Shown piece after piece: positions 1 through 14,070 of a stretch of DNA of 64,000 nt. The notes below the pieces were generated by a model that made no database searches, was not told where the DNA came from, and worked only from the letters and a program-made list of their open reading frames with translations. Positions within the stretch are counted from its first letter, which is position 1, and every line of letters starts with the position of its first letter. Both the position numbers and the translations under genes were made by a program. This DNA comes from Eledone cirrhosa (Eukaryota): the NCBI GenBank assembly GCA_964016885.1, contig OZ024746.1, forward strand, positions 80,042,001 to 80,106,000, given 5' to 3'.

Positions 1-122
1 TAAATTTAGATAGATCCCTTTATGTGGTCATTTGAAAATAGGCTGCAATAAAAATTATTCCCATTTTTGAAAATTTCATGACTTAAATGATGTACAAAAA
101 ATGGTAAAAGAAAAGAATTATA

Positions 123-245
<123 letters not shown>

Positions 246-246
246 T

Positions 247-314
<68 letters not shown>

Positions 315-318
315 AATA

Positions 319-802
<484 letters not shown>

Positions 803-819
803 ATATATAATTATATATA

Positions 820-1893
820 TATATCATAAAACATGTCTATAGAATCACCACATAAAATATATACCGTTTCCTCTCCCAATTAGCATAATTAACCATATAA
901 AAAATCAATTAGACCAAGCTATAAGAATAAAAGCTTCTATGAAGAAATCTCCGACAAATAACCGAAAGCAGCCTCTTCGCGGCGGTTACCACGGAGTATT
1001 TATCGAATATTTCGACAGCATGTATAAATCGACCAGATATACAGTCAACTAAACAGAATTAGGTGTAAAATAAACTAGGAGAAAAGTGTACATATTTAAT
1101 TACCTCTACCATGGTTTCGTCCACATTTTAAGACATCCGATAACATGGGATATCTAGAGCTTCGGATTCTTCAAGAGTTAGCTCAAATTTAGACAATTAA
1201 TTTTCCAAAGTGATCGCGCCAAGAATACATTAAAAAATGGCTAAGAATCGTGACGTGGCAGCGGTCAAGTTAGAAAGGATGTGATTAGTTGCTTACGGCT
1301 GGTAGGCTTTTTGCTAGAAAGCGCAGCCCAATACAGCCAAATTGTATCTCAACCTAACGGGAGATTATTACATATAAAGGTTTACATATATATATATATA
1401 TAAAGTCATAGATATATGTGTCTTGCAACGGGTCACGTTGTGGCTCAATGAAGAATTAATAAATTAAATAATCAGAGCTATATATCATAAAACATGTCTA
1501 TAGAATCACCAGATAAAATATATACCGTTTCCTCTCCCAATTAGTATAATTAACCATATAAAAAATCAATTAGACCAAGCTATAAGAATAAAGGCTTCTA
1601 TGAAGAAATCTCCGACAAATAACCGAAAGCAGCCCCTTCGCGGCGGTTACGACGGAGTATTTATCGAATATTTCGACAGCATATATAAATCGACCAGATA
1701 TACAGTCAACTAAACAGAATTAGGTGTAAAATAAGCTAGAAGAAATGCGTACATATTTAATTACCTCTACCATGGTTTCGTCCGCATTTTAAGACATCCG
1801 ATAACATGGGATATCTAGAGCTTCGGATTCTTCAGGAAGTTAGCTCAAATTTAGACAATTAATTTTCCAAAGTGATCACGCCAAGAATACATT
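820..1893 (-). mobile_element. Direct repeat of about 410 bp (820-1230 / 1480-1893), pseudo-LTR-like, hammerhead-bearing
   Basis: Two near-identical copies starting ATCATAAAACATGTCTATAGAATCACC. The second copy has an intact hammerhead core on the minus strand. Confidence 0.7.
1763..1840 (-). ncRNA. Type I hammerhead ribozyme
   Basis: Minus strand: ACTTC-CTGAAGA-aTCCG...CGGAc-GAAAC-catg-GTA-GAGGT. Helix I ACTTC/GAGGT, helix II TCCG/CGGA, palindromic helix III ACCATGGT. Confidence 0.7.
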
Positions 1894-2265
1894 CAATATA
1901 TATATATATACATTGGTAGAAATCCGTAGTTGAGAGATCAAGGAAAACAGTGCTCGATCTGTTGGCAGAGAGCTTCTTTAATGTAAACAAAGTTTCATAC
2001 ACTTAACATGTATGTGCTTCCAATGAATGGTTTCCTGGTTCAGTTATGGCCACCGCTGTATAAAGGAAGAGGCACTTTTAAATTGGCCCTTTATTCGGGC
2101 ACGTGCACATAAATATGAAAAAGGAAAGTTGATGTCTCTAAGCATAATCTCACTCCTAATAGTAGGGAGTATATTCGATGCAGAGGAAGTAATTATGTGC
2201 TGTAAACTGTTTGTATATGATTTTATCAAATTTTCGTGAAGAAACTCAGGGTTTATCATGTAGAT

Positions 2266-2965
2266 CAAAGGTTCTCAACGAGGGCATATGCGCCCCGGGG
2301 GCGTTTCGGAACTCCAGGGGGCGTTTGGGAGCAAGGTTGCGTTAGGGGGCGTTTGGGGCGGGGGGGGGGGGGGGCTGGAAGGCTCTTTATTTTGGTAAGT
2401 CTTATAAGCCATATTTGTATGTCTTTGAGACAGCCAGTGTGAATGCATTTGAATGAGCTTGCAGACAAGACAGCATAACTATAGTCTGACCGCAGCTGCG
2501 AGCAGGTGTGCAGGCATGTCCGGTAATTGAGACGTTAACCGGTAATTGAGATCCTAAAAATGGAAAAACCCACAGTCAACTGGGTCAAAGACACTTTGAG
2601 CGCAGCCATTTAGAATCTTATCTTTCCTTCACCGATAACAATGTATTTCATGTCTGAAATTATTGACTCAACCGCAACGAGTTAACACTATGTAGATCTA
2701 TTTTATTCCCTATTGTATAAATAATATTTCAAATAAAAAAAAGAAAAGAAAAAACAGAAGCGTGTAGCACACACATCTAGGACCACATACAACACATAAT
2801 CAGATAATACACAGATCTTTGGAATATTGTTAATCAATTTTTTAGTAATTTACTGATATAAAAATCAGTAGTATATTGAAAAATGGAAAAATAGGGTGGG
2901 GGGAGCGTTTCGTGATTTCGAGGGACAAAAGGGGGCGTTTGGCCTAAATGGGTTGAGAACCTGTG
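2266..2965. mobile_element. Non-autonomous hAT-type DNA transposon (about 700 bp)
   Basis: TIRs CAAAGGTTCTCAAC / GTTGAGAACCTGTG. 8-bp TSD ATGTAGAT (2258-2265) / TTGTAGAT (2966-2973). Subterminal GGGGGCGTTT repeats at both ends. Confidence 0.75.
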
Positions 2966-2985
2966 TTGTAGATAATTTGTTGTAT

Positions 2986-3030
2986 GTCGGCTGAAAAGTT
3001 CATAGGCTGACCAAGATACTTATGGAATGA
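2986..3030. mobile_element. Mariner-like terminal fragment (related copy at 25396-25432)
   Basis: GTCGGCTGAAAAGTTCATAGGCTGACCAAGA versus TACGAGGTTCGGCTTAAAGGTTCATAGTCTGAC. A TACGAGG start is typical of mariner TIRs. Confidence 0.4.
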
Positions 3031-3138
3031 CCACATTAGAACCAATGCAGTTATTAATAAGAGTTGAAATTAATGGATACAAGATTTCACAAGATTTCAT
3101 TACTCCTGCATGAATGTTTCAGCCCATCCTTGTGTATA

Positions 3139-3186
<48 letters not shown>

Positions 3187-3191
<5 letters not shown>

Positions 3192-3454
3192 ATACTTTGG
3201 GAGGGTCATGAAGAGATCACAGAATGTGTGACGAAAGAACTTTGACAATATATGAACAATCGTCTGGTTGTGGAACCAACCAACCAACCGGAAATTTATA
3301 AATTCCTAAATTTATAAATTTGATTTATAATAAATTGAAGTGAAAGCATGGTGCGTGTGTTTCTTATTGGCAACATGACCCTCCCAAAGTATAACAATAT
3401 CGGTTTCAACACACGTTTTCAGATAAAGAATCTTGCTAAATAAATTCAGAAACG

Positions 3455-3457
<3 letters not shown>
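3187..3457 (+). mobile_element. (TA)n-embedded insert with inverted arms; related to 36306-36640, 40876-40958 and 14250-14280
   Basis: TGTTATACTTTGGGAGGGTCATG ... CATGACCCTCCCAAAGTATAACA inverted pair. Hammerhead-like GTCA-(c)TGAAGA...GAAAG-aa-CTT-TGAC. Confidence 0.6.
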
Positions 3458-3542
<85 letters not shown>

Positions 3543-3559
3543 TATATGAGAGAGAGAGA

Positions 3560-3591
<32 letters not shown>

Positions 3592-3610
3592 CTGAGAGAG
3601 TGGTGCTTGA

Positions 3611-3709
3611 GAATAGTAATGAATGAAATAAAGACAAAAACATACAACTAAAATGAAAAAACAAACTAATGGGTTATATATATATATACACAGACACATA
3701 TATATATAT

Positions 3710-3804
<95 letters not shown>

Positions 3805-3868
3805 ACCCATTAGTTTGTTTTTTCATTTTAGTTGTATGTTTTTGTCTTTATTTCATTCATTCCTATTC
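3611..3868. repeat. Inverted repeat with 66-bp arms around a (TA)n spacer
   Basis: 3611-3676 is the reverse complement of 3803-3868 with 1 mismatch. Confidence 0.85.
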
Positions 3869-3921
3869 ATACATACATACATACATATATACACACACAC
3901 ATATATATATACACACATATA

Positions 3922-4003
<82 letters not shown>

Positions 4004-4017
4004 CATATATATGTGTG

Positions 4018-4079
<62 letters not shown>

Positions 4080-4249
4080 TGTATGTATGTATGTATATAT
4101 ATATACAAACAAGAAACAACATAGAAGAGAGACAGCAGAAACATGTTTTAATTTTCTTTTCACGCTTCAATAATGTTTCGATAATGAAAATGCCGACTGG
4201 AAGACATTCTAATATAATATATCTCATCTTATCTTATCTCATTGCATCA

Positions 4250-4308
<59 letters not shown>

Positions 4309-5127
4309 TTATCTATCTATCTATCTATCTTTCTCAGTCTTCCCTCCTTCTTTCTCACCCTCTCCCTTTCTCTCTATCAGTCTCCCCTCCTTCTCTCTCT
4401 GTCTCCCTTCTCTCTCTCTCTCTCAGTCTCCCCCTCTCTCTTTCTATGTATCTATCTATCTATTCATCAATCTATCTACATATTTCTCTCCCCCTCTCTA
4501 CCACTCTCTCTCTCTCCCTCTCTCTCTCTCTCTCTCGTCTCTCACACACACACACTTTCTTTCTCCCGTTCTGATAGAATCTTTCCTTTTCAGATTACTC
4601 TGAGAATTTAAGCAGTTATGAATATAATTGCCTCGGTTTTTAGTCCCTGCTGAAAAAGCCTCTGATTTATGTATGGAGCGCTTCTAACAAGAGATTCTCA
4701 AGTGTTCTGATGAGCAGGTGATATATACAACGTAAAGTGATTATCATACTCGCGCCGAATGATTGAAACGTGTGAGCAGGTGTACTCGCTGTTTAATTAC
4801 TGGACGCGTCTTTAACCGATAATTACCACTTGTTAGGGGAAACTACGAACATGACTATTATCTATTATTATTTGAAAAATGGGTAGGAAATTCTGTTGGA
4901 ATCTAAATGATTCTTCGCATTCTTTTTTTATTTTTACTAGTTTTACTACATTTTAACTACTTTTTTTTTTCAATTCTAATACTTTTTCTTATTATTTATT
5001 TTTACTATTTTTGCTATTAATACTTTTTACTTTTAACTCATTTCAGCGTTCGGCTTTCAGCCTTTAACATTTAGCATTCAACCATCATCTAATTCTCTTA
5101 TTTTCTCTCTTTCTTTCCTTCTGCCTG

Positions 5128-5178
<51 letters not shown>

Positions 5179-5180
<2 letters not shown>

Positions 5181-5783
5181 TGGCTGCCAACTCGTTTTCG
5201 AGTACGGCCACTACTTTATATCCATGTAGGAGAACCCCTACCGATGCGCTGAACGAGTGTGACTTTTTAGTCCAGCCAGCGACTTGAAAACTCTGGTACA
5301 AACACTACACTTGTGACAATTACTGACACATAGTGCTGGGCCCATGGTACCATGTGACGACAAGTGCAGAGAGATCTCCAGATATAAAGCAATGCCTGTG
5401 CCGTGAAGCTTTTATAGTGAGCAAAGGCACTGCACAAAGCCAGTCCCACTCTCTTAACCAAGATGATATTTACCAAAAAGAAGAACAAGTCAACATCATT
5501 GGATACCATCAGGGTTGCAGGTGTTATATCAGAGTTTTCCTTCTCCTAGAATTCTGCCTTGACAAAGGCTAAGGGGTCATCTCTCCCGGTGATTTTGGAT
5601 GGCCATTGACTCTTAAGAGCTCCTTTGCCCTTTGACAGGTTTTGTTTTTAGTCCTGCAGGATGTCCAAAGTCACCCTCCTCACCAAGAAACCTTGGTGGG
5701 GTTGCCAGTTTAGTCGCCAACGACCCGACCATGGGACAGGTTGTACTGGGATACATGTTACCAGTAGCACCAACTGGTGACCT

Positions 5784-5786
<3 letters not shown>
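5179..5786. mobile_element. Probable RTE-related retroelement UTR or SINE fragment
   Basis: GAGTTTTCCTTCTCCTAGA...GCCTTGACAAAGGCTAAG resembles RTE-clade 5' UTR sequence from memory. Higher-GC island flanked by (TA)n. Confidence 0.35.
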
Positions 5787-5828
<42 letters not shown>

Positions 5829-5842
5829 ATATATATAAATAC

Positions 5843-5898
<56 letters not shown>

Positions 5899-6305
5899 AT
5901 TGTACATGTATATGTGTGTGTGTGTATTTATGTGGGTGGGTGAGTGTGTGTGTGAGTGTGCGTGTGTGTCTGAGCGCGCGTACGTGTATCAGCGGAATTG
6001 TAACACACTCACTTGTGCAGTAAACAAGAGGTGTGGGTTCGTCTCACATATGCGCTGATGTCCATCTTTTTCCGTTCAGTGGGTTTATACGCCCCGTTAT
6101 TCTTATTGCACTATTGTATTGTATTTAGTCTAAGTTGGGGTGAAGTCTTCTAATTCAATATATATATATATATATATATATATGTATTTAATCATATATA
6201 TTAATGTATTTAACTGCTCGGAAATGCCCCTTTCTTGGAGCTGATTTATTGTAAACGACTGAGAGTTTAATCTCAAAATATAATATAGTATATATATATA
6301 TATAT

Positions 6306-7515
<1,210 letters not shown>

Positions 7516-7518
<3 letters not shown>

Positions 7519-8025
7519 ATGTTATTATTAATATTCGAAAAACTCAGATTACATTTATTGTATTCAGCCACGTAGGGTGAAACTTTCTTTTTTATTTCAA
7601 TTTGGCAAAGCCGGCCATTTATCGCTCGTATACAGGAAACTAACTGGCCAGTCTGCTGATATGCAAATCTGGCTGATCAGTGGATCTGCTAATATGCAGA
7701 GCTTACTGATCTGCCAGTCTGCTAATATGCAAATCAGGCCGATCAGTCACTGTGTATTTTTGAAAATAGTATATATTTTCACTAGCTCTGACAGTTTGGC
7801 AGGTCAACAGTGAGCTATACTAATGAAGGGTGATACCCAGAAACATTAGTGGCTACAGTTCTGTTCGCATGCCAACATAAGAGTAAGAATGAAATGTTCA
7901 TTCTACTTACATGGCTATAAAATTGAGGCTTGTTTGCAAAATTGCAAACGAATCGAATATTATTATTAATATTCGAAAAACTCTGATTACATTTATTGTA
8001 TTCAGCCATGTAGAGCGAAATTTTT
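7516..8025 (+). mobile_element. (TA)n-embedded insert with about 70-bp terminal direct repeats and a degenerate hammerhead
   Basis: 7516-7585 matches 7955-8022. CTAATGA-aGGGT-gat-ACCCa-GAAAC at 7820-7844 (G5>A). Confidence 0.5.
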
Positions 8026-8043
8026 ATATATATATATATATAT

Positions 8044-8164
8044 TTAATATAGAGAGGCCTTCCTGATGATTTCTCCCGAATAAAACAGTTCTAGTCCTGT
8101 TGAAGCCATTTCTATATTAAATATTTATACTCTGCTATGTATTGAGTACCTTACTACCGATAAA

Positions 8165-8167
<3 letters not shown>
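8044..8167 (+). mobile_element. Family F2 element with mutated hammerhead (8059-8105)
   Basis: CTTC-CTGATGA-tttctcccgaat-AAAAC-ag..ct-GTT-GAAG (G12>A). F2 tail TACTCTGCTATGTATTGAGTACC. Confidence 0.75.
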
Positions 8168-8212
<45 letters not shown>

Positions 8213-8460
8213 AATTTCTTTCTCGGTGAGTGTAAATAACTGTTTTCTTGGTGTCTTCTTGCTGCTGATGTCAGCCACGGAAAATTACGAATCACATGAT
8301 ATTATATTCAAGTGAGAAATCAGATCTTATTGGTTCGAGTTAAAATTACCGTTGTGGCCAAAATGTTTCCTTCTTTATAAGTGATACACTACTCAATCAC
8401 TAATATCATACACACACACACACATACATACACACACACACGCACACACACACACGCACG

Positions 8461-8531
<71 letters not shown>

Positions 8532-8635
8532 TTTCTGTTATCATTATCAAATCTACAGCCATTAAAATTCTATGACTTCGTTCAACCAACATACTTCTCT
8601 ATCTTCTTGATTTGTTGGTAGACAGTAAGCCAGAC

Positions 8636-8703
<68 letters not shown>

Positions 8704-8737
8704 TAGACAGATTAGACAGACAGGGTGATAGATAGAT

Positions 8738-11700
8738 ATATTTTTTTATTTGCCACAAGGGCGCACAAGAAAAGAGGACAATACAAAGACATGCCGGGGA
8801 TTTTACATACAGTCGTGTAAAAAATATAAAAACAAACCATTACAACAATCGAAATCCCCAATAGGGGGGAAGCACCAGAAATGGGTTGTTTAATACCCCG
8901 TCGATAGAACAACCCTCAACTTCAGGAGCGTGTTGTGCAAGTGCTCCTTTATTCCTTTTGCTCTCTTCTTCAACCTACAGGCTTATAAACAGAGAAGGCC
9001 CAATCACTCGGGCCATTTTCGCTTCATTCACCCACCTTTATTTACTGTAAATTTACTGTGGTGCAGTGCCTCTCTCGCCACTCTGATTCTCCTTCTAAAG
9101 TGATACTTAAAGAAGAGAATCAATTGTTGTCAAGAGAGAAAGGCATCTGTCCTCAGTCCTCTCAATCTCGTCCACTATATAACTTCTTTCACCATAGCCA
9201 CCATACAGAGGAAAACCGCCTCTCTTTCGTTTTTGAAAGAGGCTGGCGGTTTGATCCTTACTATGGACTCGGCAGTCAACTGGATTTGTCCCATACGCGA
9301 CAGCAGTTGTTCTGCATAGTTCCACAGGTCGGTTACGCTCGGGCAGTGTACAATTGCGTGGAGGACTGTTTCAATGTCCATGGAAGTTATCCATAGGTCC
9401 CGGGCGGAAATTCCTACCAAACAGACTGGTGAGCTCATCGTCGTCGACGCCTAGAGTCTCCCAGAGCACGTCGTCGCCCTTGTAAAGTACAATCCCTCTA
9501 TAGAATGTCGAAGTGGAGTCTCCACTGATTGCTGTACCCGCTTGCCAGAGGACTGTGAGCGCCTGAGCGCATTCAATGGACGTCAGCGAGACGAGCTGTG
9601 AGAAAGCCTGTCTCACAAACGGTGCCTACACCGGTTGGGGGTCGGTGAGGAATACCTGGAGATGCTGCAACCTCAGCGCATGTTTGCGCATCATCAGCCA
9701 CGGCATTCCCAGCCCTCCGTTGGAAGGGTGCTGACAGCAGACGGATCTCCTCAGCAGTGGAGCCTGCTTCTTCCACACAAACTGGAAGAGCATGCATTCC
9801 ATCTTGGCGAGGTGTTCACGGGAACAAGGCACGACAGTTAAGCGGTTGTAGATGACGGACGCTATGAAAGTGTTCGCCACCTTCGCTCGACCTTTCAATG
9901 TCAGTTTGTCCGGGTTTAGTTTTGCTCCCGTTAGCGTTTCGTATTCTTTCAGTAAGTTGCCGATCACCCCGATTTCCGAGGTGCTCGACACCATTACCGT
10001 CACGTCGTCGACATAAGCCGACTCCGCTTTGCGCAGTCCCAGTTCTAGAGGGATGCCCTGCAACATCTCCGATTTCCGAAATAGTGGCTCTAGAATCAAT
10101 ACATACAGAATGGAGGAGAGAGGGCACCCCTGTCGAATGGAACGCGTGATTGCTAACGGCTCCGATAGGTAGCCGTTCACCTTGCCCCTCGAGCAGATGC
10201 TGGTGTGGATCGCCTCGATCCAGCCTCTGAAAACGGGACCGAAACCGGCCGCCTTGAGAACCGCTTCCAAGTATCGATGGTCGACCCTATCGAATGCCTT
10301 AAACTGATCCAAATTGAACAGAGCCCGACCGAAGCCGGGTTTACTACCCACCATCTCTATGATGTATCGCATGAGGTGGAGGCTGTCGTGTATGGACCTG
10401 GTCGGGATTGCACACGTTTGCGCTTTCCCTACCAGGTTCTCGATCACAACCGCCAACCTCGTCGCAGGCACCTTGGCCAAAATCTTTAACTCTGTGTTGA
10501 GCAGAGTTATGGGCCTGAAGTTATTTATTTCGTCCCCTTTGTTCTCGTCTTTCCTGATCAGCGTTACTACGCCCTTGCCTCCCGTTCTGCTGCCAATTGC
10601 AGTAGACGGCTTCGAGGACGCCAGAGAACAAGTCCGGCATGCCTATGTAAAACTCATAGGGTAGACCATCTAGACCGGGTGACTTGCGTTTCTCGAAGCG
10701 GCCCAGAGCGTCCCGTATCTCAGTGTCCGTGATCAGTCTTTCGCAGAACTCGGCGTCCGTGTTCGAGAGACGCGGCAGGCCGTTGAGGTATGAACTAAAG
10801 TCCATTGCCCCATTCGCTTCACCGTCCTTCTGCTCAAACAGTCGCGCAAAGTGCTGCTAAAAGACCGCGCACATTTGCTTGGGGTCAAGTAGCACGCGTC
10901 CGTTTTGGTCTTTCAAAGACCGAATTGTGGACTTCTTGCCACTTTTCGCCTCCGCCACTCGGGCCCAGTTGACAGCTTTCGCTCCTTCGTTTCCAGAGCA
11001 CGTGTTTTGCTTCTGACCACGCAGCCCTCGTGTTTCGCATCGAAGAACTGGTCCAGTGCCGTTCTCGACGCTAACACTCTAGCCGTGTTGCCACTTCTAA
11101 GTGCCTCCTCTACCTTGGCTACTAGTTCTCTTTCTATTTTGTTTTTCTCTAAGGCTAACTCTCTGCTAAACCCTATCGATTCTATTCTAATTGCTTTCTT
11201 GGGAGATTACCATCATTTATTGTTGACGATGGCTCCCGTTAACTGTTGCTTGACTAGTCTACTTATCCGTTCAGTTCACTGTAAACTTTACGTGCCGGCA
11301 ACGACACGTTCAGCTTCCAGTATCCGAGTCCTTGTCTATGTATTCTATCACGGTTGACTAAGCAGACGACTAATTTGTGATCTGAATAGGCAACCATGTG
11401 CATTCGTGGACAGCTTAACATCTCCTTGTCCTTTCTCTAATGAAGAACCTATCTAAATACGATCTAGATGTCCCACTGCGGTTTGCCCACGTCCACTGTG
11501 GTGTAGTCGGAAAATCCAGTCGATACCTATCGGCCAGTTGGTATTGGCCGATTAAAGTTTTGAGGCTGTTGCACCCCCTCTACTGGGACATGCTCCCACA
11601 TAGTGCCATCGTACATCTAGGATACCATTCTAGTCCCCCACTAAAAGTAAGGAGCGAGACGTTCCCAGAAAAGTCTCGAGACGCTTAAAGAAGTCTGGCC

Positions 11701-12140
11701 GGGATTGCGATTGCCCGGTCGGGGCATAAACGGCCACCAGTCTGCAGGCTCCACCTCCAATACTGTTCACGTCTAGGACTACCAGTCTACCCTCTGGGTC
11801 CAAGTGTACTAGCTGTACTTCGACGTCCAGGTTCTTTCGAAACATGACAGCCACTCCCCCTCCACCTCCTGGCTGACAGAGAGATGCGTAAATCTCAAAG
11901 TCGTCGAAGATGGGGGTTAGTTGCTGCTTGTTGTTGATCTTATGGCTATCACATCCATACCGTGTGACCTAAGGTCGTTTAAAAGTTGGCCCTGTTTCCA
12001 GGGCATCCCTAGGCCACGCACATTCACGCTTCCAACTCGTAAACTAGCCATGTTGATGAAGAAGAGTTGGAGAAAAAGAACGAAAGGTGCACTTACCTTT
12101 TCGTTTCCTGGAGATCGGGTTGTTCAATCTCCATTCGGTT
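8738..12140 (-). mobile_element. 5'-truncated Tx1-clade non-LTR retrotransposon (copy A)
   Basis: ORF2 remnants plus a 3' UTR ending CCTTGTGGCAAATAAAAAAA directly into (ATCT)n. Paralogous to 27269-32700. Confidence 0.9.
8975..12051 (-). pseudogene. Disrupted ORF2 (APE endonuclease + reverse transcriptase) of Tx1-like LINE
   Basis: MASLRVGSVNVRGLG N-terminus; LVAVYAPTG; GKSPGLDG-like; DQFKAFDRVDH; SIRQGCPLS; AYVDD. Frameshifts and internal deletions. Confidence 0.9.
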
Positions 12141-12795
12141 AACTCCCTATTAAAAGTCGACGTTTCGAACAGAAGTCCTTCAATGCTAGTGTGAAATTAC
12201 TTTTTAATTGATTTTTATTCTAATGTTCGAGTGACCCGTGTTTCGCAAAAGGCACGACTCAAAGCCAGCTGCCGTTATATAATGTCCGTCGCAATTTATA
12301 GTAATTAAACTGGAATTACACTTTTTCATTTGTTTATGCGACATAAGTTGATACTAAACAAATGCTAGTATAAACGCCCACAGAATATTCGAATCATGAA
12401 TCTACATCTACATCCATTACTAAGAACGGTATCGCCAGTATTCATTACTTAATAACTGTACATACATATATTATTTACTGATTCAGCCTATGATATTTAA
12501 CTTACAAATTAGGTCGCTGTCTATTTCCGGCCAGTAGAATCCCTTACTCTTTCTGTTTTAATCTGAATAGAGTTGCTGTTTAATACACTCAACAATTTAT
12601 CAACTAATGGGTTCATATTTTATCCAAACAACAATCCTATTCACTTCTATACTACGAGACAATGAAGAAGGTTCTGTTTGATCGCTAAATAACTATAATT
12701 AAATACTAGCTGACGCCGTGGAAATACCAGTTTAATTAGCAACAGCCATCAAGGATTAAAGATCAATATGAAATGTTAAATGTTTTATTCATATA

Positions 12796-12843
<48 letters not shown>

Positions 12844-12937
12844 GTGGAACACTGGAAGGTAATATCCGTAGTGGTAGAGCACTCAGTCCACGGGACGAGT
12901 TAGGTAGAAGTGGTTACACAACAGTTAGTTCACCATA

Positions 12938-12977
12938 CCGAGAACAATGGTTTCACCTTAGCGGATCCTCAGCTCGG
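12938..12977 (-). ncRNA. Minimal type I hammerhead ribozyme (PLE pLTR)
   Basis: CCGAG-CTGAGGA-tCCgctaaGGt-GAAAC-catt-GTT-CTCGG on the minus strand. Confidence 0.75.
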
Positions 12978-13149
12978 AATGGGCAGGGTTATAGGAACAG
13001 GAAGGACAGCCGTACGAACGCGCATGCGCAGAAATCCGGTCACTTCACACAGGCAATACTAGACTGCGTGCGAGAGGTGTAAAGGAGATAACTGCGAAAG
13101 TCCGAGAAGTTTTTAGGTTGAAAATAAAATTACAAAGAATCAGTCCGGA

Positions 13150-13658
13150 GCCTTGTAGTTATGCAATAGGTGTTTGGCGACGTGTGGACAACGTGTGAAA
13201 AATTAATTTCTCGTGTCTATTGCGTAATCTCTTTAGAATAGTTATTCGTTCGTCAATACGTAAGCCACACGTCGGATTTCCCCTTGCGTATGGCTTGGAC
13301 TTAGTGATGGCTTTCCATTGAATGGAATCTATACGTGAGTCCTTGAGGGACCATACGTGGCTCCCGAGTTTCGTGGATGAACGTCTGTCCGGGTACCTGA
13401 AGGTAGACTGGTGGTTAGGAAACGTTCCTTAAATCGGCCCTCCGCCATGCCCACATAGGATTTGACCTCCTGTGGTTCGTTTGGTCGGTTGGAAGTGACC
13501 ACAGCTTCATAAATTACAGCTGGTGTGTTGCATTGCTGTTGAAGGGGGCAAGCTTCAGGCTTACGGCAAGAGCACCCTGGTGGGGTGTTGCTCCTAGGGC
13601 TGCTGGTGATGTGGGCCTTCATGTTCTTAGCGCAGGAGTATCCTAGTTTAACCGACAC
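13150..13658 (-). pseudogene. GIY-YIG endonuclease C-terminal region of a Penelope-like (Neptune-type) element
   Basis: KLGYSC..NMK, CSCRKPEACPLQQQC, VIYEAVV...SYVGMAEGRFKERF. The mirrored arm reads WKAISKSKPYA..TCGL..ERKTIL..LNTR..CPH..KHLL. Confidence 0.85.
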
Positions 13659-14030
13659 AAAGTTAAACTAGGATACTCTTGGAAAGCCATCAGTAAGTCG
13701 AAGCCATACGCAAGGGGATATCCGACGTGTGGCTTATCTATTGACGAACGAAAAACTATTCTAAAGAGATTACGCAATAGTGATTGCCTAAACACGAGAA
13801 ATTAATTTTTCACACGTTGTCCACACGTCGCCAAACACCTATTGCATAACTACATGGCTCCGGACTGATTCTTTGTAATTTTATTTTCAACCTAAAAACT
13901 TTTCGGACTTTCGCAGTTACCTCCCTTACACCTCTCGCACGCAGTCTAGTATTGCCTGTGAGAAGTGACCGGGTTTCTGCGCATGCGCGCTCGTACGGTT
14001 GTCCTTCCTGTTCCTATAACCATGCCCATT

Positions 14031-14070
14031 CCGAGCTGAGGATCCGCTAAGGTGAAACAATTGTTCTCGG
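14031..14070 (+). ncRNA. Minimal type I hammerhead ribozyme (inverted pLTR copy)
   Basis: CCGAG-CTGAGGA-tCCgctaaGGt-GAAAC-aatt-GTT-CTCGG with palindromic helix III ACAATTGT. Confidence 0.8.

Noticed and set aside
4705-4780. CTGATGA...GAAAC possible hammerhead
   Set aside because: I could not form helices I and III or find an NUH site.
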